From assembly GCA_951804945.1 (NCBI GenBank), contig OX638161.1:49414001-49478000 (forward strand): DNA of 64,000 nt, given 5' to 3'. The stretch is from Podarcis cretensis. Taxonomy: Eukaryota. Both the position numbers and the translations under genes were made by a program. This document shows, piece by piece, positions 38,135 to 51,990 of this stretch (its first letter is position 1; each line of letters opens with the position of its first letter). A model generated the notes under the pieces. That model saw only the letters and a list, made by a program, of their open reading frames with translations, was not told where the DNA came from and did no database searches.

Positions 38135-39366
38135 TGTGGAGTTTGGAACAGACAGGGTTAAAACTCAGGATGTCTGAGTGTGCAGGTGCCAGATCGCCCA
38201 TGGAGGCTGGTTTTGTAAAGGAGTGTCAGCAAGTAGAACGTGTGGTGTTCGAAAACACTGAGCTCTTTCAGTCAGCTCTGGGTAGTCTGTTATATCTGTC
38301 ACAGTGGAGCAGACCAGATATAGCGTTTGCTGTCAATCTGCTCAGTAGAGAGGCCTCAAGTCCTAGTGTGCAGGCCTGGAATGGTATAAAGCGGGTGCTG
38401 CATTACCTGCAAGATACCAAAGACTTTTGTCTTAAGTTGTCAGCTCAAGGAGATGTCAAGCTGACTGCTTGGGTGGACTCGGATTGGGCTAACCTTGAAG
38501 ATCGCAAATCAGTGTCAGGTCTAGTGGTGAAGTTTGGGGACTCAGTAGTAGGGTGGAGGTCCCGGAAGCAAAGTCTCATAGCGCTTTCGTCTACTGAAGC
38601 TGAGTTCAGTGCGCTATCAGATGCTTGCAGAGAGTTGGAGTTCTATGTGTGTTTGGTCGAGGAAATCTGTGGAGAAAATTGTCTGCCCGTTGTGGTGCAT
38701 GAAGACAATCAACCGTGCCTTAAATTAGCTGAGACGGGGCAATTCAAGGCGAGAACCAAACATTTGGACATACGTTTTCAGAATGTGTGTCAGAGCGTTC
38801 GTGAGGGGCTAGTTGCTCTGAAATACTGTCCCTCAACCAAGAACCTCGCTGATGGTTTCGCAAAACCATTAACCTTCCAGAAGCACGAGGAGTTCTGTGA
38901 GGGTTTGTGTATGGGGAAAGCATTGTTGGCTATTGTCCCCAGATGCAGGACAAGAGGGGGTGTGGAGTTTGGAACAGACAGGGTTAAAACTCCGTGGTGC
39001 CCTGCATCTGGGAGGGGCCGGAAGCAGGGCCGTACGTCACAGGCTTTGTCTGTGAGAGTTACTTTCAGTTCTACCGAGAGACGCTGAGAGACACAGCTAA
39101 ACAGACAGGCTGTGTCTGTGTGCTTTTGGAAGCACGGAGAATGCAGGAAAACTCCGATGGAGAGACTGATTTATGGCTTGTAAATAAACGCTTCTAGAGA
39201 TAAGAACCGATCTGTCTTTTGGACTTGATTTATCCCTTTCTCACATGGACTCTGGACCGCTGCATTATTCTGCTAGGCCAGCTCAGAGCTTCCAGGGATA
39301 CGGAGCTGAACTGGGAAGCTTGCTGGACCCAATATTCCGGACGGGGAATTTATTTTCATTCGCAAA
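38135..39366 (+). mobile_element. Internally deleted Ty1/copia LTR retrotransposon (32 bp of 5' LTR, RT C-terminus plus RNase H, PPT, 3' LTR)
   Basis: Copia motifs GSLLYL..SRPDIAFAV, DSDWA..RKSVSG, W.SRKQ..ALSSTEAE, EDNQ, RTKHLDIR, ADGF.KPL. PPT AAGAGGGGG then LTR at 38961, whose first 32 nt equal 38135-38166. TSD GGTAA (38130-38134, 39367-39371), extendable to AAGGTAA if the LTR ends at CA 39364. Confidence 0.9.
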
Positions 39367-39638
39367 GGTAACATATTGCAATCAAGTAGCAGGCAATGAG
39401 GTTCAGTCCTTTAATTACTTTTATACAGTTCAGGAACCTCTCTCTGATCCCAGAGAGAGACTGCAATATGTTGGGAGCTCCTCGCAACATGCTGGGCTGG
39501 CAATCTCTCTTCTGGCTTCCAACAACACAGAGAATCTGACTTCTCAGGTTTCAGCTGTCTGCTGACCATAGCTGCTTTACTGTATTCGCTATAATAAAAG
39601 CTCCTGCCTAATGTAAACTTCTCATTACAAGCATTTTA

Positions 39639-39829
39639 TTTTATTTTTTTAAATAAATTTTTTATTAATTTCCAAATTTTTTAACATAAATAAAAACAAC
39701 ATAAAAACAAACACAAAGAATCATATTTTCTTAACCTTATTTCCATAACCCTCTTTTCCCGGACTTCCCCATACCTTTCCCTTTTTGCATCCTTAATTTT
39801 AAACCATTATTCAGCAACCCTTCTTAACC
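39639..39829 (-). mobile_element. Short antisense retroposon 3' end (L1-like)
   Basis: 16-bp TSD CATTACAAGCATTTTA (39623-39638, 39830-39845); T-rich start with TTTATT. Confidence 0.65.
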
Positions 39830-40496
39830 CATTACAAGCATTTTAAATACAATGCATTCAAACACACATTTTATGTGCATTAAAATGTTGTGTCTTTAAC
39901 AAAGATGGTTTGGCCAATTGGGGGCAAAGGGATAAAGCTCCCTATCCCAACACACATACCCTAATGGTACATCAGTCAAGAGTGCACTGGCTATTGGTGA
40001 AAGATGGCTTGCACCAGTAGCAAACTACATGGTTAACATCACATTTAGTTTTTCGTCCTAACTCCCACATGGAGCAGTGATCAGGTGTGGAAAAGCTGTT
40101 TGTACTGAGGGTGATCCTCTGAGACGAAACCCTACAGAAGTAATTATCTTCCCCAGAAATTATCTGAAATGCACTCCCTGTTCAAAGGAGAAGCTTCTAG
40201 AAAAGCAACCAGGAAACAAGTCTGAAAGTTCTTTACTTATAACCCACCTCACTGTGTGCCATTCTGACCGGGGGTGAGAGGCACATGAGGTTTGGTCAGT
40301 TTGGGGTCTGATAATCTCCCCCTTTCCTTGCATATTTCTGGCTTGAAATCAGTGGACATTTACTGGCACATTCAAGGCATGTTTTGCTAGCCTTAAAGAT
40401 AAGGCTGATACACTTAGAAATATTTATATATTTAAATAAGGATCTTGGCTGACTGTAACTTTTTCAAACTTTCTGACGCCAACAATGGCACTGTAG

Positions 40497-43400
40497 ATGG
40501 GCAAAGAAGGACCTGCTCTGGTTTGCCATCAGATGGTGTGGTTAGTGCTTCTGCTTCTGCTACCTCCTCTAGTGTGCAAAGCAAATGCTATGAAGTGCCC
40601 TCCAACTGATCCCCTCCCTGTTCCCCATGAGTGGTACCAGCCAGGAGACCTCCTCATCGGTGGGATTTCCTCTCAGATCATTTACGTTTTCAACCCAGTT
40701 TCCTTCAAGGTACACCCTTCACAAGAGCTGAAATCTGATGTCCCACTGTAAGGATCCCCTCCATCCTGCATCACGTGAGCTTTGAAACCTAAGCATTTGT
40801 AATGCAAGGAAAGAAAATTTTGGTGTGGAGTGTCCACATCATCACATCTCTTTCTCATGCTGTGTGTGTGAAGAAGAAGCTAGTAGTTAACAGTTACATA
40901 GGAAGCTGTCTAAGTAAACCACTGGTCCATCTACCTCAGTATTGTCTACAAGGACCAGCAGTAGCTTTCCAGGGTTTCAGGCAATTCTGATTATGCACAC
41001 AGTAGGCCAAAATATGCATTAAAATACACATGCTAATGAAAACGGCATAAAAATGTATTGTGTTAGGGGAAACTGGTTTGTAAAATGTGTGCGTTCAGGG
41101 AAATTGCATAGAAAATTTTGTACATTTGGATAAATTTGCATCAAAATGCTGATGAATTGTCTTGATGGCTTAAAAAAAAAACCATTGCTGACAGATGTGA
41201 AAATGTGGAGAAATGTGTTAAAACTAAGAGGCAGAAACTGAGAGAAACCAAAATTGACAGCTTCATCCATCCTTATGAGTTGATTATCAACTAAACCATT
41301 GCAAAAGCCTACAGTCAGTAAGAGGGCAGGTGGACTGGATCTAAGGCAGGTGAGGTCAGGTTGATTGTGGAGGCAGACTGAAGCCATGGGATGGACTGTG
41401 AGGACTGTGCATAAGCCTTATTTTTATGCACATCTTATCCTAGTAAATGCATGTTTGTATATATTACATTAAGGGACGTGGGTGGCGCTGTGGGTTAAAC
41501 CACAGAGCCTGGGACTTGCCAATCAGAAGGTTGGCCGTTCGAATCCCTGTGACAGGGTAAGCTCCCATTGCTTGGTCCCTGCTCCTGCCTACCTAGCAGT
41601 TCAAAAGCACATCAAAGTGCAAGTAGATAAATAGGTACTGCTCCGGCAGGAAGGTAAATGACGTTTCCGTGCACTGCTCTGGTTCGCCAGAAGCGGCTTA
41701 GTCATGCTGGCCACATGACCCGGAAGCTGTATGCCAGCTTCCTCGGCCAATAAAGCGAGACCCCAGAGTGGGTCACGATTGGACCTAATGGTCAGGGGTC
41801 CCTTTACCTTTACCTATATATTACATTGCAAAATTCAGAGAGGTGTGGATTTTAAAGGATAGCAGCATTTTGGTTTGCATAGTGTTTCAGAAAGTGCAAA
41901 TAAAGCAAGTTTGCCCTACCCTAGTTGTGATGCTTGTAGGAGTTTGTTTCAAAAATAGATTGTCTTATTTAAAGCCAATGTTAGCCAAGCTTGCAACATT
42001 TGCTTCCAAATAAGCATGTCTCTCTGTTGGCAGTGTGATAACAAAATTCTACCAGCACGTCCTTGCCTTGGCATTTGCTGTGAAAGAAATTAATGAAAAT
42101 CCCAGAATCTTGCCCAATGCTACACTGGGGTTCCACATCAGTGACAGCTACTATGATGCGCAGAGGACTTACCGCACCACTCTGGACCTGCTCTTCAAAT
42201 CACAGAAATTTGTGCCCAACTACAAATGTGGCAGGCAGAAAAACCTCATGACCATCATAGGGGGGCTTGGCTCTGATATCTCATACCGCATGGCAGATAT
42301 CTTGGATAGCTATAAGATTCCACAGGTAAGCTCTGTGCATGGGGATGTACGGAAATTGCAATCACTTCATGCTATTCTGGAAGTGGTTTTTGTTGTTCAG
42401 AAAGGCAGGAGAGCTACACTTAATTTGCCTGATATTCCAAAGTGAAATGGGACTTAGCCTAAGGAAGAGAACAGGATGGGAAAATATATTTATTTATGTA
42501 ATGCAATTCGTATATTTATTTAATGCAGTTTGTATGCTTACTCATAAATATCTCAATGCAGTTTACATAAAATATACATTAGAATTAATGATTTAAAAAG
42601 TTAGTTGATAAAAAAACCAAAGTATGCATAAAATCAGTTATTATAAATATATTTACATATTAAAATACATATCTACAGTCAATAATTTCTACCAGATATC
42701 TTTCCAATGACTAGTTCAAAAATATTACATTTTCACAGGCTGAGAAAATTCAGACAAAATACGTCTTTAAAATTCAGGTTTTCTGAATTCATATCAGGTT
42801 TAGCTGGAAAAATATTCATTGCCCAGACTGAAAGCCCTCATATGCAGATTCATTCAGGCATTCCTCCTAAAAAATCTCTTAAATCGCTACATTTTATTTC
42901 AGCTCACTTATGGCTCATTTGCCCCAGAGGAGAGTTATGCAATGCAGTCCCACTCCTTCTACAATATGGTCCCCAACGAAGCCCGCCAGTACATTGGGAT
43001 TGTCCGCTTACTTCAGCATTTCAGATGGACATGGGTTGGGTTCTTCACAGTCAACGATGAGAGTGGAGAGCGTTTCTTGCAGACCCTGGAGCCATTGCTT
43101 TCCCAGCATGGAATCTGTTCAGCTTTCACAGAAAGGATTACACAACAAGCCCGGTTAAATGATATGTTTGAAATTAACTACCAGGTCCAGAGTATTTATA
43201 AACCTTTCACATTTAACAAAGTCAACACATTTGTTCTCTATGGAGAAACACTGTCCATTATGTGGCTGAGCTATTTTATTCTTCTGGGAAATCCTGAACG
43301 TAATAATGACACCTCTCACGAAAAGGTGTGGATTCTGACAGCCCAGATAGATTTTGCATTAACTAGCCTTCAAAGAGGCTCAGATCTGCAAGTGTTCCAA

Positions 43401-46400
43401 GGGGCTATTTCATTCACAATTCATTCTCATGAACCACCAGCATTCAAGACATTCCTTCAGACTATAGAGCCTTGCTGGGCAGAAGAAGATGGTTTTATCA
43501 AAGATATATGGGAGCAAGTCTTTGACTGCTCATTTCATTGTCCAAAAGAGGTTGATGAACCATGTACTGGAGAGGCAAGGCTGGAGAGACTTCCTGCGCC
43601 TCTTTTTGAAATGCACATGACTGGTCACAGCTACAGCATCTATAATGCTGTCTATGCTGCTGCACATGCACTGCATGCCATGGACTCATCTAAACCCAAA
43701 CACAGAGCAGCTGTGGAGGCTGAAAGAGTTGCACTCCACCCTTGGCAGGTAATGTCTACACTATATAATTGTGTTTTACACAAAAGGCTAATACAATATG
43801 CCTTTTTCCTAATGGTAAAATTATGTTAGACACACCAACACATTGATGGAAATATGTGGGTTCCCATTTTCTCCTTTTCTTGGGGCTTGGAGAAGGGAAG
43901 CCGTAACTTTTGAGCATCCCTCACTGAAAAAATAGCTTCATTTTCAGGCTAGATCTTGCTGCATGACAAGAGAAGGTGTTTGCCAAACTGAGTTATCCTG
44001 TTGGGTGACCTTTGCAGAAGAAAGGACAAGGGGTGTGTGACTTTGCTCCTGCTGCTTGATCTCTCTGCAGCTTTTGATACCATTGACCAGGGTATCCTCT
44101 TGGACCAGCTACATGGAATGAGAACTGGGGGCATTTGGTTACTGATCCTATCTAGAGAGTAGAATTGCATGAGTTTTTTGTGGGGCCCAGGCAGTTAAGC
44201 TGGGGGGGGGCATGGGGCACTGTTTTATCCTCAGTGGTATTGAGATTGGAGGCAAGATTCTATCAGTATGCTGATGACACTGAACTCTATTTCTCCATGA
44301 CATGGATAAGGAGAGGTCATGAGAGCCCTGTGGTGGGATGGGAAAATAACCTGAGATGGATGCAATGTGCATGAGTGGCTACAAGTTGCCATATTTCCAA
44401 AATTGAAAATCCAGACAGAAAAGTTGTTAAGGTGGTTATTTTGTTACGCTTTTTGAGTTTTTTTGCGGTGGGCAAAAGCTCCAAGAAAAATGAAGTTCTA
44501 GAATGATTTGCTATGAAAAACTTGATGCACAGAGTGAACATGAGAGGAGAGCCCCACACTGCCCGGCCCACGCCCAGCTCTTCCCCAATGTAGGCGTGGC
44601 TGGGAATGGCTCTCTTCCCTTCTCCAAGTGCACTGTCCTTTTAAGTGACGTCTGTGCTGGCATCTGGCAGCCCTAGGCTACCCTTATGGGAAATTGTTCA
44701 ATTGCCTGCCCTTGATGGGGTTACAATCCCCCCAAATGAGCAGGTATGCAGTCAGAGGCGATGAGTGTCTGGATCCAGCTTTGTCTCTGGAGACCCAGAT
44801 ACCTCAGTGGGTAGAAGCACCTTTTCCCAGCTGTAACTGGTGCATCAGCTAGGACTGTTCCTAGACCAGGAGAGCTTCACCACAATTGTTCAGGCATTGG
44901 TTACTTCAAGATTAGGTTACTTCAATGCACTGTATGTAGGGCTTCTCTTGCTTTTCACCAGGAAACTGCAGTTATTGCAGAATGCTGCAACATAATTGTA
45001 AAAGAAGTGAGACCCTATCAGGACATAACATAACATTGACATGTGGCAGGTACCATCACTTTGCTAGCTATGGCACCTGCTTAAAACAATTTTGCTAAGG
45101 CACGCCTATCAAGACCCATTCAAATCATTGGGAATTTTCATGAACTCATGAATTCAATGTCATGAATTTACAGAGATGCATGTCTAACACTGGATCCAGC
45201 CGATTATTTTGCTCTCCCCTTGTTTCTTTTTCTCTTTCAACTAGCTCCACCTGATTCTTCAAGACATAACATTTAACAACTCAGCTCAAGAAACAGTGTC
45301 CTTTAATGACAAAAGAGAAATGGAAGGTGGATTTGACATCATGAGCATAGTCACTTTCCCAAACAACTCCTTCCAGAGAGTGAAAGTCGGAAGTGTGGAG
45401 CTCAGAGCTCCTGAAGGAGAAGAACTAATCCTTGATGAGGATTTAATTGTGTGGCCCAGTGTATTTAACCAAGTATGGGTGCTAGGATATTGATTTAAGA
45501 CCTAGGAATTATCTCTTCTGTATCACTTGACGATGAATAATCCATCTCTATAATAAAGACAATACCACCTATTGCATTAAGAAAAACAAAGAGAGCTGTA
45601 ACCTTAAAGTGCCTAACAGTGGGAAATGTGCAATATTCTGTTCAAGTGAAATAAAAAATAATATCCTCTAAAACAATAAACTTTGATAGGGGATTTTGAA
45701 CCAGTTTTTGTTTTTGTTTTTACAAAAGAAAATGAGACACCAATAGACACCCCTCTTCCTATGGAATGAGACACTGGATTAAGTTATTAAAATAATTTCT
45801 CTGGTACCCACATTTTGGAGAAGGGCCCTCAGCTAGAGATGTAAGAGAATCCTGATGAAAATTAAAACAGAAGTGGAAATAACCAATCTGGACTAATTTA
45901 TCCTACATCCGAATGGAAAATAATCCAGGCTTTTATAATATTTGTTTTATTTTGTTTTGTTTTCTACTCGGAAGCAATATGTGATTGATTACTTCTGCCC
46001 CACTCCATTTAGATTGTGTGTGCCTTGCACTGAAATTAAAAGTGTTTACTTATGTTAAATTCGTAACTAGCGGCAATAATTTTGCGAATTACATTAAATA
46101 GTGGGCAGTGTGACAAATAACATGGTGTTTTGTGGAAACCAAACTGCAGGGGAATGGAAATAGAGCAGATTGTGAGATAGGATAGATAGGAATAGAAATG
46201 ACTGCCTTATTGCATCCCTAGTCATAGTGTGGTGACAGAGAATCTGCTTTGCATGCAGGTCCCAGGTTAAATTGCTAACAATTCCAGGTAGGGCCAGGAG
46301 ATGTCTCTGTCTGAAATCTTGGCGAGCTGTTGCCTGTCACTGTGAACAATACAAAGCTGGAGGAACCAAGGGATCGGCTCAGTATTTAGCAACTTCCTAT

Positions 46401-48741
46401 GCCCCTGTGTAAGGGACTCAGGTGGCGCTGTGGGTTAAACCACTGAGCCTAGGACTTGCCGATCAGAAGGTCAGCGGTTCGAATCCCCGCAACGGGTGAG
46501 CTCCTGTTGTTCGGTCCCTGCTCCTGCCAACCTAGCAGTTCGAAAGCACGTCAAAGTGCAAGTAGATAAATAGGTACTGCTCTGGCGGGAAGGTAAACGG
46601 TGTTTCTGTGTGCTGCTCTGGTTCGCCAGAAGCGGCTTAGTCATGCTGGCCACATGACCCGGAAGCTGTCTGCGGACAAATGCCAGCTCCCTCGGCCTAT
46701 AGAGCAAGATGGGCGCGCAACCCCAGAGCCGGTGACAACTTTCTATGCCCCTATGTTAGCCAAGCAATAGATGGCAAAAAACAATATCATATTCTGGGAA
46801 GCATTAGCAAGAGATGGGTGAATGTATGCATGAATGAATGAATGAATGAATGTGTAATGTTCCATTTAAGTTCATTATTCCATGTCAACAGTTTGTTTGC
46901 TTATTTACTTATTTTGTATGTCAGCTTATGAGCAACAAAATATTTCTTCTTTCTTCTACCCTAAATTCCACTGATGTGTACTGAAAGGTGCCACCCCTTT
47001 CTGTGTGTAGTAACTCTTGCCACCCTGGTTATCAGAAGAAAAAGAGGGAAAAGGAGAAATTTTGCTGCTATGATTGTGTTCCATGCCCAGAAGGGAAGAT
47101 TTCAAACCAGAAGGGTAGGTGATGTATTGCAATTATGCTCTCACTTAATTTTCGTTAAAGCAGCAAATAATAATTTGCCCCTGCAACAATAATGAAGAAA
47201 CGAGACATGGAGTAATGGGCAACTTAATTCACCGACAAGATCTGTAATAAGCACAGGAATGCTAGGCTCCAATCATTCCTGACCTTGGCTATTCTAGCCA
47301 GACTGATGGGAAGTGTAGACCAAAGGCTTCTGGAAGGCACTATCCATAATGTAAGCAGTCTTCTGCAGGAACCTTCAAAACATAAAGAAGGTGTTCAGCA
47401 GACAACATTGCACACAACCTTAATCGGAAAACCCGGACGTATGGCAAGTTGGGCTCTTTTTATTAAAAAATCAGAGTAAAGCCCCAAAATGAAAAAAGCT
47501 CAACAGCAATATAACAATCCTATATATACAGGCAGCAGTTAGATGATAATGTATGTGAGCAGCAGCTTCCATCTTGCTTCCACACATAAAGTTTATTTTA
47601 TTTATGTCTTAAATATTTTTATATTCCACCATTCCTCTCTTCTGGAACATAGGGTAGCTGACAACCCAGAATCAATAAAACAACCATGCAAAAGAAGAAA
47701 CTATTAAATCAGAACACTACAATAAAATACAGTAAAATAACAGTGATAATTATCTGTAGTAACAAACTCCGAAGCCAAAATGTACTCCTCATCAGATGTG
47801 AATTCCTATTGAAATGAACCTTTCTTCTTCTTTTTCCAGACAGGATTAACTGTGTGAACTGCCCAGATTATCAGTATCCAAGCAACAACCAAGATCATTG
47901 CATCCCCAAAACAATCAGCTATCTTTCTTATGAAGAACCTTTAGGGATCAGTTTAACGTCAGTCACTGTTTCTTTTTCCCTGATCACAGCTTTGGCACTA
48001 ATAACTTTTATTAAGCATAGAGATACCCCCATAGTCAAAGCCAACAATAGGGACCTCACCTATGCTCTCCTCATATCCCTTCTGCTCTGCTTCCTCTCTT
48101 CTTTGCTCTTCCTTGGCCAACCTGGGAAAGTGACCTGCCTTCTCCGACAACCCACTTTTGGCATCATTTTCTCGGTGGCTGTTTCTTGTGTCTTGGCCAA
48201 AACCATTACAGTGGTTGTTGCTTTCATGGCCACCAGGCCGGGGTCCAGCATGAGGAAGTGGGTAGGAAAAAGATTGACCAACTCCATTGTCCTTTTCTGC
48301 TCTTGGATTCAAGCAGGCATCTGTGCCATGTGGCTGTCAACCACTCCCTCCTTTCCAGATTTGGACATGCAGTCACTGACTCAAGAGATCATATCAAAAT
48401 GTAATGAAGGCTCTGTCACCATGTTTTATCTTGTCCTGGGCTACATGGGACTTCTAGCCATCATCAGCTTCACTGTGGCATTCCTGGCTAGGAAACTGCC
48501 AGACACTTTTAATGAAGCCAAGTTCATCACCTTCAGCATGTTGATGTTTTGCAGTGTTTGGTTGTCGTTTGTTCCCACCTACCTGAGCACGAAGGGGAAA
48601 TATATGGTGGCTGTGGAGATCTTCTCCATCTTGGCCTCTAGTGCTGGTTTGTTGGGTTGTATTTTTTATCCAAAATGTTACATTATTTTGCTGAGGCCTG
48701 AGCTGAACAGCAAAGAACAGCTAATGAGGAGACAAAGTTAA
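40497..48741 (+). CDS. V2R gene E, intact (881 aa; alternative ATG at 40533). Exons 40497-40747, 42034-42325, 42903-43748, 45245-45472, 46988-47114, 47840-48741
   Basis: Exon sizes 251/292/846/228/127/902 = 2646 nt, GT-AG sites, compatible phases; VFT, Cys-rich and 7TM motifs ([11 protein letters not shown]). Confidence 0.92.
41471..41814 (+). mobile_element. Sauria SINE
   Basis: Head and (ACCTTT)n tail; 13-bp TSD TATATATTACATT (41458-41470, 41815-41827). Confidence 0.88.
43950..45000 (+). mobile_element. Degraded L2-like LINE fragments in gene E intron 3
   Basis: Remnant RT motifs [14 protein letters not shown] (~44045) and YQYADDT (~44262); [20 protein letters not shown] (~44895). Confidence 0.6.
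46413..46735 (+). mobile_element. Sauria SINE, 3'-truncated
   Basis: Head and body match the other copies; flanked by an imperfect repeat CAACTT(C/T)CTATGCCCCT. Confidence 0.85.
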
Positions 48742-48844
48742 GAACTATGCTGCAGTTCCCTTCACAATTTCTTGGGGTAACTCTTCTGGAACACAACAAA
48801 GCTTTTTTTCTGAGTAGACATTTGACTGCACTTTAGCTGTCATG

Positions 48845-49440
48845 TTAGAATCCTAGAAGTGTAGAGTTGGAAGTCCACTCAAAGTCCATTCCTCTGCAAT
48901 ACAGGAATCTCAGCTAAAGCATCCATGACAGATGGCCATCCAACCTCTGCTTAAAAACCTCCAAAGAAGGAGATTCCGCAGCCTCCTGAGGGAGTCATTT
49001 CACAGTCAAACTGCTCTTACTGTCAGAAAATTCTTCCTAAGGTTTAATTGTAATCTCCTTTCTTATAACTTGACGCCATTGGCTCAAGTCCTACCCTCCA
49101 GAGCAAGAGAAAACACCCTCGCCCCATTTTATGCCCTTTTAAAATGTGGGGTTTGGGGAGGGTTGGGTTGTTTTTATTTTGATTATGTATTTTGTAGTTT
49201 TATGTTTTGATTTTATTCTGTGAACCACTTTGAGACCTCTGGGTATAGGGTGGTATACAAATCCAAGAAATAATAAAATAATCTTCCATATGGCAGCCCT
49301 TTATATAAGTGCAGATAGCTATAATATCTCCTCCTAGTCTGTTCTTTTCCAGGCTAAGCATACTCAGCTCCCTCAAACATTCCTCTTAAGGCTTGGTTTC
49401 CAGATCATCTTGGTCATTCCACTCCACACACGTTGCAGGC
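48845..49440 (-). mobile_element. CR1-like LINE 3' region, antisense, interrupted
   Basis: TAGAATCCTAGAAGTGTAGAGTTGGAAG is the reverse CR1 terminus, followed by typical antisense CR1 sequence. Confidence 0.6.
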
Positions 49441-49630
49441 AGCTTCTCAAATTTGTCTGCTCCATTCACATAATGCTTGAGTACATTATCCTGCAAGAGA
49501 GTCACACTGCTCACTTATCCCAGAATGAAGACATTAGAGAAATAGAATTATTATTATTATTACCTGTGTAATACCATGCAGGAACCATGAATGTATGAAG
49601 CAATTGCTTTCCTGAAATTAAGATAAATTA

Positions 49631-49953
49631 CCACAGAGCCTAGGGCTTGCTGATCAGAAGTTTGGCGGTTCAAATCCCCATGACGGGGTGAGCTCCTGTT
49701 GCTCGGTCCCAACTCCTGCCAACCTAGCAGTTTGAAAACATGAAGTGCAAGTAGATAATTAGGTACCACTCCAGCGGGAAGGTAAACGGCGTTTCCGTGC
49801 ACTGCTCTGGTTCGCCAGAAGCGGCTTAGTCAGGCTGGCCACATGACCCGGAAGCTATATGCCAGCTTCCTCGACCAGTAAAGTGAGATGAGCGTCGCAA
49901 CCCCAGAGTCGTCCATGACTGGACCTAACAGTCAGGGGTCCCTTTACCTTTAC
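49631..49953 (+). mobile_element. Sauria SINE, 5'-truncated
   Basis: Body matches the 41471 copy; (ACCTTT)n tail. Confidence 0.85.
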
Positions 49954-50657
49954 TTACTACAGCATTTTACAGCAATACATGCAGCTGAACTACACACAGT
50001 CTTTCCTATCCTAAGTAAATAAATGTTAAGCTAAGATTACAAGTTTCTGGGTCGTGTCCAATACTAATCCACTCAGAGCAGAGCTGTTGATATTAATAGA
50101 TATGACTAACTTAGGGTTATTGATTTCAGTGGGTCTACTCTGAGTAGAACTAACTTTAGATGCAAACATTGTTCATCTCTCTGGTAGTATCTATCTAGTT
50201 CTTAAAAAAAAAAAAAAACCCATAGACTCATGTGTTTTTGTATGGAGGTGTATCACTGTGGCTTCCAGAATAACAAAGAAAAAAGCATGTTCTGAAGAAC
50301 AGTGAAGACGGAGGCAGCAGCAGCATCCATGACTGGAGAAAACCCAGGGTGTTCTAAAGGTTCTTTTGTTAGTTCTTTGTGATATTCTTTGGAATGCTGC
50401 TCTAAACCACTGCTAACTGCCACTGCCTGGGGGATACATACCATCTCTTGGGTGCAAAGACTGCATTCAGGTCAGTTTCACAAAGATGGAGCTGATTTCC
50501 CTCATCAATCACTTTTCCCTTTTGGACTGCTACCTCAACTTGGACACTACTCTAGCCCTGGCTCTGTTCATCAGCCTCTTCCAAATGATCGAATGTAGCA
50601 CTTTTGCATAGTACAAGAGACTTGACCAAGCATAGAGAAGCATCTTGTCCTTTTCAG

Positions 50658-50740
50658 TCAAACCTGAAGTCACTGAGAATCCCCACTCCCTGGAGGAACA
50701 GCTGGGCAGTTGGTTCCCCTCTGAGACTGGCACACCGATG
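50658..50740 (+). CDS. Candidate small upstream exon of the SPATA31-like gene (coding, or 5' UTR ending in ATG)
   Basis: Acceptor TTGTCCTTTTCAG, donor ATG|GTGAGT, open frame KPEVTENPHSLEEQLGSWFPSETGTPM ending in phase 0. Confidence 0.4.
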
Positions 50741-51462
50741 GTGAGTTTCAGTATCCCCTTTGTTCATGTCTGGATTTGATTCAGGCCCCTCCCCACCACC
50801 ACCACATTTGGTTTTCTCAACTTACAACAGCAATATGTACTTACAAATTTATTTAAGAGATTTCCTACCTTTCCTTCAGCACAAAGATTCCCAGGGCAGG
50901 TTACAGCCATATAATCAAATAATAGCAAAATCCAAAATAAAACAATTATATGACAGTACAGATGATCTCACAGATATGGCGCACTTCTCAACTGTCAAAC
51001 ACAAGGCTCAGAAAATCAGCATTCATGGGGATGGTTTTCCATGCTTTAGGGAAGAAAGCACCAGTGTGGTGCCATGATCATAATGAGAATGGCATTTTAA
51101 CAGTCTTGAGTCTTGCATTTACACAAACTTCAATATTGAATGAACTTCTAAGTGAGATGGGAGGAGTCAAAAATGACCTGACAGTATTGCATGCTTTGGC
51201 CACCAGGAAACAGGAATGCAAGAAGTAGCCTTATACAGATCCAGACTGTTGGTCCATCCAGTTTAGTACTGTCAAAGCAGACCAGTGGCAGCTCTCCAGG
51301 GTTTCAGACTGGGATTTTTCTCAGTCCTATTTAGAGATATCAGGGATGGAACTTGGAACATGCCTCATTCTGCCTGATGGCATAGTACCCTGTTTGGTAA
51401 GGTGGTATTTCCAATTGGTTGTTCTTCCCGTTGAATAACTTCACTGCCTCCTCTCTTCCTAG

Positions 51463-51514
51463 AAGGATCATGTGGAACACAGAAGCCATCTCCAAGCAGC
51501 TGTTGCAAAAGAAG
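51463..51514 (+). CDS. Candidate 52-nt exon of the SPATA31-like gene
   Basis: Acceptor CTCCTCTCTTCCTAG, donor AAG|GTAAGC. Reads KDHVEHRSHLQAAVAKE-G, phase 0 to phase 1, matching the phase-1 acceptor at 53183. Confidence 0.5.
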
Positions 51515-51990
51515 GTAAGCCATTGAGATAGGAACCAGCTCATCCTGGTGATTTGAGAGAGAGAGACAGAGAGCATAAAAACTACTGCTGACATTTGATA
51601 ATTCAGATGGTCTTTTCTTAGCATCTATGAAAGTGTACATACACACCCTTGTCATTTGTTGCTTGGGTTTCTTTAATAAGATAACTGCAAGATAATAAAA
51701 CCCAAATTAAAAATCTTAAAAAAACAACCTTATTTAAAACTGAAATACACCCGGGGAACTCGTAGAGGATCATCTAACAAAAGTACTTAGAGTTGAGTTA
51801 GTAAATGCAATCTAGAAGTTGGCTTTCAGTGCCCATTACCCCTGACCATTGGACATGCTTGCTAGGGTTCATGGGCACTGGAGTCCAACAACATTTGGAA
51901 GGCCACTGCTGCTCTGAAATAAAATCAGTGCCTCTTGGGTCTCCAAATTGGTATATATGTATTCTAATACTTCTAATAAATATATAAATG

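Noticed and set aside
50329-50470. Possible first coding exon of the SPATA31-like gene (ATG 50329, donor 50471)
   Set aside because: In-frame TGA at 50380-50382 and no later in-frame ATG; could be UTR only.
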